A DNA stretch of 30,281 nt from Myxococcota bacterium (GTDB taxonomy: Bacteria > Myxococcota_A > UBA9042 > GCA-2863065): positions 1 to 30,281 of the forward strand of contig JBLINL010000001.1 in the NCBI GenBank assembly GCA_047639255.1. Reading direction: 5' to 3'. A model generated the notes under the pieces. The model saw only the letters and a list, made by a program, of their open reading frames with translations, made no database searches and had not been told where the DNA came from. Below are positions 8,421 through 17,100 of this stretch, one piece after another. The translations under genes and the position numbers were made by a program. Position 1 is the first letter of the stretch, and each line of letters starts with the position of its first letter.

Positions 8421-9184
8421 CGAGTCACCTCGACACTGATGCCATCAAGTGCCTTGGAAATCGGCTGAATGCCACCCAGCCAGACCAGGTGCGAGACGAG
8501 CACCAGCACCAGCATCGCCAAGCTGCCGACGGCGAGCCACTTCTTTACGGACGGAAATCGCTCATCCGAATCGCTTTGTAGGACGTGCAGATGCGCCTGT
8601 GGGCACAGAGGCTCGTTCTCGATCCGCCTATTGGGACTCCCGCCGTATATGAAGGCATAGAGCCGGCGGCGGTATTGCAGCAGGGTCTCCACGCCATCCG
8701 GATGGTCAGCGTGGCGCCCCTGGAACCCGAGGGCCAGTGCCAGCAGGTATACGACACCCAGACCGCGCGTCGCCGAGTCACGCTCGGCCAACAGTCGATC
8801 CAGCGACTCAAAGACTCGCTCGCCAGCATCGTGGGTATTGAAGACCTCTGACTCGAGCAGATTCTCGCGCCACTGGGCACGATCCGGCCACTCCAGCTCC
8901 AGGAAGACTTCGTCCGCTAGCGCCGAGAGCAAGTATTCGACCTCCCGAAACTGCTGCGTCTCAAAAGCCCCAACCTGCCGTGACACGTCGGCCTGAAGGT
9001 CGCCCAACACGGCTTTGAGCCGTCGTCTGACGCCGCCGGCACTCAGCTCCGCAGCCCCATCCGCTCCCTCATCCGGCTCGGGATTCCGGATGGAGTCCAC
9101 CAACCGAGAGACCTCACGGAAGAAAGCATCGAAAGCACCGAGGAATACAAGTTCCGGCGGTGCGCCCGGGTCGATGACGCTCAA
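8417..9184 (-). CDS. tssL: Type VI secretion protein TssL (DotU family), C-tail anchored, no OmpA domain
   Basis: Motifs EYLLSALADEVFLELEWP...W...LLESEVFNTHDAGERVFESLDRLL...VYLLALALGFQGRH, then a single C-terminal TM. The probable start is TTG 9184, which overlaps the tssK TGA as TTGA and has GGAG upstream, rather than 9256. Confidence 0.93.
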   Translation of the reverse strand: MSVIDPGAPPELVFLGAFDAFFREVSRLVDSIRNPEPDEGADGAAELSAGGVRRRLKAVLGDLQADVSRQVGAFETQQFREVEYLLSALADEVFLELEWPDRAQWRENLLESEVFNTHDAGERVFESLDRLLAERDSATRGLGVVYLLALALGFQGRHADHPDGVETLLQYRRRLYAFIYGGSPNRRIENEPLCPQAHLHVLQSDSDERFPSVKKWLAVGSLAMLVLVLVSHLVWLGGIQPISKALDGISVEVTR

Positions 9185-10512
9185 TCCTCTCGCTCCACGT
9201 AAAGCACCAGTGCAACTGGACGCGCCAAAACATGGTGGGCCTCCGGGTTGAAACACACCAACGCTTCGCTTGGCACGATGTGTCGCTCGGTTTCAGTCAG
9301 CTCGTAGAGGAGGTTGTCCCCGGTCGGAACAAAGTCCTTATAACGATCAATCCGCCGCCGGGTCACCCCGCGCAGCCTGCGATTCCGCATCGCCTCGAGA
9401 CGACTTTCGGTGCCCATAAGCGCGCTCTCTACCCACGCCATCGCGTCCCGTTCACTGACGCCCCGGCGCGGCTGCACGGAGAGCAACACGGCGCCGGAAA
9501 GCCATTCCGGACGCAGTGCTCGCTCAAAACGATCATCGGTCAGGGTGAAGGGGTAGCCCTGGAATTGTTCGTTGGTCCCACGGTGCAGCATGCTCTCCAG
9601 CGTGCCGATCAGCTCTGAGAAACACCCCTGAAGGTCGGCGTGTGTATACGCTGGAGGAATTGGAGGAATTTGACCGGATATCAGTGAGGCCAGAGGCCCC
9701 AACAGACCACACATCCCCAGATAGATGTCGAAGGGCGAGCCGCGCCCACTGCCCAAGAGGGCCTCGAGCTGCGGCAGCCCCATCATCATGGTCTCGATCT
9801 GCCGACGGACCCTCTCGGCTATCTCATGGTCGTTGGCCAGCGATAGGTGTTGCTGTCTGTCATCCAGCAGACGCGCGCGCTGGCGCACTTTCTGGGATAG
9901 TTCAACACACAGCCGACCAGGGCCCAGCACCGATGACAGGTGAAGACGCGGAGGCTCAAATGCCGTCAGCGCAAACGCCTCGTTGCGAAATTCGACCCGT
10001 GCGACGGGCATCGAGGTGTAGCCATCCGAAACCTCGCCCGCCAACAGGTGCAGGCGAGGTCGAAGACGCGGCAACTGAATCGTGTCGTCGGCCGAGTTCA
10101 GGTCACTAACGGCGGCGCTCTCATAGCTCTCGTAGCGCGACTGGGCCGACGGCTCAGCGGAGGAGTCGACCTCAGCCCGGATCACGCCGATCGAAATGGT
10201 CAGCGGACCGTCCTGTAGCTCAGACTCGTATTGTGCCAGATCCAACCGTAACTCCGGATCCCCCGGTTGGCGACAGACAGTGATTCCGTCTGGCATCAGC
10301 GCCTCGAGTCCGACGACACTCAGGACGCCACCGCCCAGCCTGTTCTGATCCCAATCCAGCATGACAACGCCCCAGGGGTAGGGAGACGCCAACCGCGTCC
10401 GGTACCAACTCAACAGATGGCTGCGTCGGGCGGACTGCTGAAAATGCTGAGGCTGCAGGAGCATGCCTTCGTGCCACTGAATGCCATCCGGTGGAAAATC
10501 GGTACTTTTCAC
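9181..10512 (-). CDS. tssK: Type VI secretion baseplate subunit TssK
   Basis: IQWHEGMLLQPQHFQQ N-terminal signature, PWGV...GVLSV...LMPDG and PRLRPRLHLL; 443 aa. GTG start with AAGGAG SD, overlapping the tssJ TGA as GTGA (10509-10512). Confidence 0.95.
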   Translation of the reverse strand: MKSTDFPPDGIQWHEGMLLQPQHFQQSARRSHLLSWYRTRLASPYPWGVVMLDWDQNRLGGGVLSVVGLEALMPDGITVCRQPGDPELRLDLAQYESELQDGPLTISIGVIRAEVDSSAEPSAQSRYESYESAAVSDLNSADDTIQLPRLRPRLHLLAGEVSDGYTSMPVARVEFRNEAFALTAFEPPRLHLSSVLGPGRLCVELSQKVRQRARLLDDRQQHLSLANDHEIAERVRRQIETMMMGLPQLEALLGSGRGSPFDIYLGMCGLLGPLASLISGQIPPIPPAYTHADLQGCFSELIGTLESMLHRGTNEQFQGYPFTLTDDRFERALRPEWLSGAVLLSVQPRRGVSERDAMAWVESALMGTESRLEAMRNRRLRGVTRRRIDRYKDFVPTGDNLLYELTETERHIVPSEALVCFNPEAHHVLARPVALVLYVERED

Positions 10513-11114
10513 GGCGCTCCTTGAGGCGTTGCCGGCCTCGACGGGACCCTGGGGACGCCGCTTTCGTCACCCTCATAAACGACCGGATCCTGTTCTGCAC
10601 AACGTGGCAGAGGTGGCACCTTGCCAGGCTTCGCCCGCAGGTCGTGACCCAGTTGCCCTTCGATTGGTCGGGCATTGCCCTTGGTCTGATGAAGCGTCAC
10701 GCTCCACGATTGCCCAGCTGCCAGGGCAAACCGATGGTCGCCCTTTGTGAGGTAGTCAGCGTAAAGCAGAATGTGTTTGACGGACGGAGGAACGAGGAAC
10801 TTCTGCCAGACCGACGTCCCCGGAACCCACTCGCGCGTATATGCCCAGAAGCCGGAGCACCCCGGGTAATCCTGTTTTAGCTGTTCGGCTTCCTGAAACC
10901 AGACCCTCGCAGACAGCTCCTTGAGCCGAGCGACCAGGTCGTCGGAGTACACAAACACGACCGCCACCGCCACCGGGTAGCGCCGATTAGCGTCGTCATT
11001 GACCTGAACAGCCAAGTCCATCGGCTGGGAGGCCAAGCGGACGCGGCTGGCACCGCACCCCATACAAAGGAGCGCAGCGATCACGGTTGTGCTAGTCAGC
11101 AAGTATCTCGACAC
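10509..11114 (-). CDS. tssJ: Type VI secretion outer-membrane lipoprotein, TssJ-like (divergent)
   Basis: Probable GTG start at 11114 with GAGG upstream. Signal-like VSRYLLTSTTVIAALLCMG|C puts Cys at residue 20. The core VQVNDDANRRYPVAVAVVFVYS...LKELSARVWF...EWVPG resembles TssJ-type lipoproteins, and it sits directly before tssK. Confidence 0.75.
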   Translation of the reverse strand: MSRYLLTSTTVIAALLCMGCGASRVRLASQPMDLAVQVNDDANRRYPVAVAVVFVYSDDLVARLKELSARVWFQEAEQLKQDYPGCSGFWAYTREWVPGTSVWQKFLVPPSVKHILLYADYLTKGDHRFALAAGQSWSVTLHQTKGNARPIEGQLGHDLRAKPGKVPPLPRCAEQDPVVYEGDESGVPRVPSRPATPQGAP

Positions 11115-11175
11115 CCCTCGACCTCGCCGTTGCGTATCTGAATTCTTGGAGGCTAGTTCGGCATCGAGAGAAACG

Positions 11176-14100
11176 CTAGTTATCCACAGGTAGTTCTCTG
11201 ACTCGGGCGGCTTTGGGAGAGGGGCACGTATCCAGGACCTCGGCACGCTGGGGACACTGTCGGGCGTCATGCCTCGCACAGCTGCCAGGCTTCATGCGCA
11301 GCCGAAACTCTACGCCGCCGTGCTGCTGCTCACACTTCCGGGGTTGCCGGTCGTGCTTCACCGACAAGGGCAGATGTACCTCGGCCTTATTAAGCAGCGC
11401 GACCACTGCGTGCGCGCGCGCCCACGCCACCTTGCTGGCCGGGACTCGCAATTGGGCCGCTTCGAACCGCTTGCGCTCCGTCTCCACTGCGTAACCGACG
11501 ACATCGATTCCCTCAATAAGGCTGTTCCCTTTGATGGCGGCCAGCGTCGCGGCCATCTCTCCCAATTGCAACGAGCGCAAGATCCAGTCGGTCTCCTGAG
11601 GACGCGCCGTATCCGTCGGCTTCGGGTCACGCCGATCTGTTTCGGAGAACGGGATCAGCACCGATCCGATCGTCTGGGCGCACTCTGGAAGGCAGTATCC
11701 AATGTTCTTCTCGCGCGCATCGGGGCAACCGTCCTCGTCGCGGTATCCATTGTACGTTTCCGCGCGAAGAGGGCACTGGTCGAAAAGGTCGATGATTGCG
11801 TCGTTGTCGTTGTCCGGATCCGGACATCCATCCGCGTCCTGAAAGTTGTCGACGTCCTCAGGCTCATACGGGCATCGGTCATGTACATCAACCCGGCCGT
11901 CTCCGTCGTGATCGGCGTCTGGACACCCATCTTCGTCGCGGTCCAAGTTGAAGTCTTCGGCAATCCGCGGGCATGCATCTCTCGAGTCGGGGATTCCATC
12001 GCCATCGTCATCCTCATCCGGGCACCCGTCACCATCACGATAGCCGTCGCGGTCCTCCGGCTGGATCGGGCAGCGGTCCGCGAAAGCGAGAACCAAATCA
12101 AGGTCCGGATCCGGCTCTTGTGGAACCCAGACCAGGGACACAAGACCGCGAAACCGCGGCGCCCCACGTCCCAGCAGAATCCCCCCGCCCGCCGCCAGCT
12201 GCAGCTCCAGCTCTCGAAACAGACGAATGCGAGGTCCCGCAACCAGCTCAAGAGTTGTCGCCCGCTTTTCCTGGAACGGCGCCACCAACTCGGTGCGACC
12301 AAACACCTCGACGGCGAGGTCCAGGTAGCCACGCCAGGCATCGACCTCAAACCCGGCACCGAAAGTGAGGTCGTGGTCAACGATCGTATCGAATAATTTG
12401 GATGGATACGTTCGAAACCTGGCGCCTACATTCAGTGCCGTCGTGAAGCGCGGCGCACGGAAATCGAAGATGAAGGTCGTGAGGATGCCGAAGCCGATGT
12501 CCGACCGGAATCCACCATCGTTGCCGGTCGGTGCCGACGCGCCCACCGTCAGTCCCAGTCCCGCGCCACCGGCCCTGTTGTCCAACAGGCGGGTCCGGAC
12601 GCGCAGCACGAGGTCACCCAAACCGGCCCCACTAAAATCGGCCACCCCGGACGGCGTACCGCCCCCCTGCGCCTCGAGCACCAGGGGCAGCGCCATGTCG
12701 ATCTGCACCCAGCCAAACAGACCGACCCCGAGGTTGAGGTCGGCCAGGACCTGCAGCGGCAAAACTTCCTGTGAGAACCCCTCCACATCCAGCCGTACGG
12801 AGTCCGTTTCGACCCGGAATTGGATCGATCCATACGGCTGCAGGTGCGGCCCTGGCGGGGATTGCTCCAGCGTCCAAATCCGGTACGGCCCACCATGGGT
12901 CGTCCAGGTACTCAGATTGACCTTCTCAGCTTCCTGGGCGTCCGCCGGAGCCGGTATCAAGAGTAAGAAGATGCACAGCCACTTGCGGCTACTCCGACTT
13001 CCCAGCATCAGCACCACGAAAAGCAACGTGAACAACATCAGGCCGGCAGCCTCCGCCCCAACGCGCGGCTGGGAGCCGCAGCTCGCAGGCTCGCTCCCCG
13101 AGCCACTCAGTTGCCCGGCTTTGAAGTCATCGCCGCTCAGGTTCGGGTTGGTGCCAGCCGCCACCTCGGCGCCGTCTGGAACGCCGCCGTCGTCGGTGTC
13201 GACCTTCAGCGGGTCCGTCCGCACTCCGTTGACCTCAAAACCATCGAACAGTCCGTCGCCGTCGGTATCCGGGTTCAGCTCGTCGGTATGCGTGCCCGGC
13301 CAGGACGGCACACCGCTGGGCACCGGCTCGTTCTCAGATGGGAGGTGAAATCCGCACTCCTCGATATTGGACAGGCCGTCCGCATCGAAGTCCGCCAAGA
13401 TGTCCTTCGGATCTGTCGGATCGAACTCGCACCACGAGACGCAGAGCGTCACCTTGGCCGTTTCCCAGAGGCTGGTGCAGCTCACGATCGTCTGGCCGAC
13501 TAAAGTCGGGTGTGGGACGCCGCCGACCATTCCATCCTGATTCCAGTCCTCTTCACCGTCGCTACGGCCATCGCCATCGGTGTCGGCACGGCCGGGATCG
13601 GTCGTTGTAGTCGGGTCCCGGTCACTCACGAATGACGTGCAGACCGCCGGCGCCAGCGGGTCTCCCTCGGCGTCTGGGTCTTCCTCGGCGGCGGGGTCAT
13701 CCGGTGTCTCGGCATCCGGAGGGCACTTGTCTGTCCGCGCCCCTCCGGGCGGCGACAGCGTATCCCCGCCAACAACGCTGTTGGCGATGTCCAGGTCCGT
13801 CAGGCCGTACTCGGTTCCATCACAGACGGTATCTCCGTCACTGTCACCGTTGAGCGGGTCCGTTCCCAGAATCATCTCGACTCCGTCGGACAGACCGTCG
13901 TTGTCCGAGTCGGCGTCCACGGGACTGGTCTTCAGATTACATTCCTGTTCATCGCTCAGACCATCGCCGTCGTAGTCCAGATCAACACAATTCAGGGTAC
14001 CGTCCTTGTCGTGATCCAGCACATCGTCCAGCTCGGGCGGCTGGCTGGCCGGGTCCAGCGGATCGTACCCACAGATGATCTCGCCGACGTCGTAAACGCC

Positions 14101-17100
14101 GTCACCGTCATCATCGAGGTCCTGGCAGCCGAGTTCGCCGTCAGAATCGATGTCGGCGAGGCTATCCGCACCCGGTGTCTCGGTATTGTCCTTGGGGTTG
14201 GTACCGCACTTCAATTCCAGGGCATCACTGACCGAGTCGCCGTCGGTATCCAATTCCAGCTCGGCGCACAGCGCGCCGGTGAAGGACGGTGTGGGCGCAC
14301 TGAGCGGATCATCCAGCAAGGTCCCACAGGCGTATTCGTCTCCGTCGCCCCAGCCATCGCCGTCCGAATCTTCCATGGTCGGGTTGCTCTCGCCAGCGTC
14401 CACGATGCCGTTGGAATTCTTGTCCTCAAAGCCATCATTGAGGCCGTCGCCGTCGGTATCGTCATTATCCCAGTCGGTCTTCTTGCACTCTCCCGAGTCC
14501 AGTAGCTGGTAACAGGATCCGTATTCGACTCCATCGCTCAAGTCATCGTCATCGCTGTCGGCCGACCCCGTCTGGTTATTGCCGTCCCCGCCCGCGAGCA
14601 GGAGCTCCAAGCCGTCGCTCAGACCGTCGCCGTCCGTGTCCGGATTGAGCCAGTTCGTCTTGCCCTGCTCTGCCCCGGGAAACTCGTCGACGTTGGGAAT
14701 CGAGTCTCCATCAGCATCTTCATCCGCGCAGTTAAGAATGCCATCGGAGTCGAAGTCCTCTAGAGCCTTGTCCGTGGGTCGGAAGGCCTGGTTGAACTCG
14801 TCCTGACTTTCCCGCGTCTTGGGCAACGGCAGCTTGCCACCCAGCTCCGCCAGGGGCCCGGCCTTGTCTCCCACATAATTACCGGGACAGGCCATGGGCG
14901 GACAGATGCTCAACGCATCCTGACACAGTCGCTCATGCATGTTGGATGCGCCGTCGCCGTCCCAGTCCTGGTCGGCGCACGCTGGGTGCTGCTCGGCGCA
15001 GTCCTCGTCGTCGCAATCCACCTTACCGTCGGCGTCGTCATCCAGCCCATTGGTGCAGGCGAACTCCTGGGCTCCGCAGCTGACGGTAAGTACGACATCA
15101 TCCAGCGCTACGGACGAACATCCGAGATTCTCGATAACCACATGCCGCGTGTCACCGTCATGTACCGGTACAAAGCTCGCTTGGAGGGGTTCCGGGTCCT
15201 GATCGCACTCAGAGGTCGCCTCGATCTTGGTGGTGTCACATTGGGACTCCGGACAGAGGGCGGTGGTGAATTGGTTGAGCGCGAAGCCAGACGCGGTCAG
15301 CTTGAACGCCACGTCGAGGCTGCCTGAGTCATCGAGCTGCTCTGATTCGGTGTCACGATACTCATAGGCAACGATGACGTCCTCGCCACTGCCCGCCTCA
15401 CCGTTCAGACAAGCGAAGTGATCATTGCCCTTCATGATGCTGAGCGTGAAGATGTCACCACATCGGACGATCTTTGGATCGGCGCAGGACCGACCCTCGC
15501 AGCCCTGGCCCGGGTAAACGGTCTCGTTGTCGTCGTTGCAGTCCAAATGGCCCGCGTTGCTCAGCCCGTCCGGCTGGCCCAGCGAGGGACAATCCAGCTG
15601 GAGCCCGGGCGCCGGCATGGTCGCCGAATAACCGTCCTGATCAGTGTCGTTGCACAGGTCCACGCAGGAATGCGTCTGGTTGTCCCCTTCCAGGCTGGAA
15701 CACCCTTTGGCCAGCTCCTTGCACACCACCTTGCACCCTTCGGACGTCTCATTATCAGCGTCACAGGGATTATCGAGATTCTCGGGCATGTCGAACATGG
15801 CCAGAACAGCGAACCACTGCTCGCCGTCCAGGCCGAGCTTGTCTTTGGCGACCTCAAAGCCGCCTTCGCCCTCGCAGTCTTCATCCGTTAGGACATCCAG
15901 CACGTCGCAGACGCCGTCCGAGTCGGTATCGATGGTGTCGTCGTCGACCTTGCCGTTGCAGTCGTCATCCAGCCCGTCGCAGGCCGCTTCGCCGCAGGAA
16001 TTGGTGTCCCCGCGCGTGCCAAGACTGGCTTCCTTACTGAGACACCATTTGGACCAGGCGTTGTTCGCATCCGCGACCTCCGAGCCCAGGAACTGTATCG
16101 TGCGGCCCCCCTTGCCGCCGTCATAGAGACAGGCTTGCTCGGGCCCGGGAAGCTCCGACATCGTCAGCCCGTCTACGAGTTCCTCGGACGCCGCGACATC
16201 TAAGGACTCGACGGTGAGCTGCAGCGAACTCAGCGCGTCTGACGGCCGAGGGCAGTAGAGCGTCCCGTCAAATGCATCGACTCCCAGGGGTGGCTGACCG
16301 TCGGTCGAGAAGTCCAAAACGAGAAAGTCGTCCTTGGCCAACACCCACTCGCCAGTGGCCGGAATCGTAGGCGCACAGTCCGGATGCAGGTCGATAACGT
16401 CATCGTCCCACTGGATTTTCAGACCGGCGCGAACCAACTCGATCTCGGCCCCCGTGCCATTGAACAGCTCCACCCACTGCAACTTGCCGTCGGGGTCGAG
16501 CTTGAACTCCGTAAAGACGAGCCGCGCTCCATCTCCGGTCTGCAGCATGCAGTTGGTCTTGCATCCCGATGATTTGCCACCAGGAATGCCATGATCGCAC
16601 TGCTCACCTTTCTGCGCGACGCCGTCACCGCAGACAAAGCAGTCGTCGTCGTCCCGATCGTTGACGAAGCCGTCGCAGTCCTGGTTGCCCACAATCGCGC
16701 ATTCCGTGAGGGCGCTTTGGGTCGGGACATCCGGGTTGCCGTCGTTGCAGTCGGTCCCCGGGACGACGCTGCTCCACTCGATCGAACAATACCCATCCCC
16801 GTCCGGGTCGTAACAGTCGTCCTGTTCCAACGGCTCCCCTTCGGCGTCCAGCGCCGGGCAAACCACGGACGGACCGAACTGTTCGAACGCCTTCGGGCCG
16901 GCTGGGTCGGCCAGCGTGTCGCCGTCGCTCCAGATTTTGACACTGTGAATCTGGACCGTCGTATTGGCCGCGCCGCCAGCAAAAATCGTAATGTATGCGG
17001 GCGTACCCTCGGGAGGCTTCAGCGGCAGAGTATCCTTCTCCCCCGACCAAAGCTGCGGCTTCAGCCCAAACGGCGTTTGTACGCTGTTTGCGATCGGCTT

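Noticed and set aside
9185-9256. N-terminal extension of tssL given by the ORF track
   Set aside because: It lies inside tssK. A TTG at 9184 with an SD and TTGA coupling is a better start.
11115-11279. N-terminal extension of tssJ overlapping the giant gene
   Set aside because: It would place the lipoprotein Cys 75 residues in. GTG 11114 gives a normal 19-aa signal peptide.
11176-12936. Classical autotransporter (type Va) interpretation of the giant protein
   Set aside because: The barrel is not C-terminal, lacks the terminal aromatic signature and is separated from the passenger by two hydrophobic helices. A TraB-like architecture fits better.
16006-16014. RGD tripeptide in the giant protein
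   Set aside because: It falls in the LTD C-terminal GTxGxxN motif, and one RGD in >6000 aa is expected by chance.
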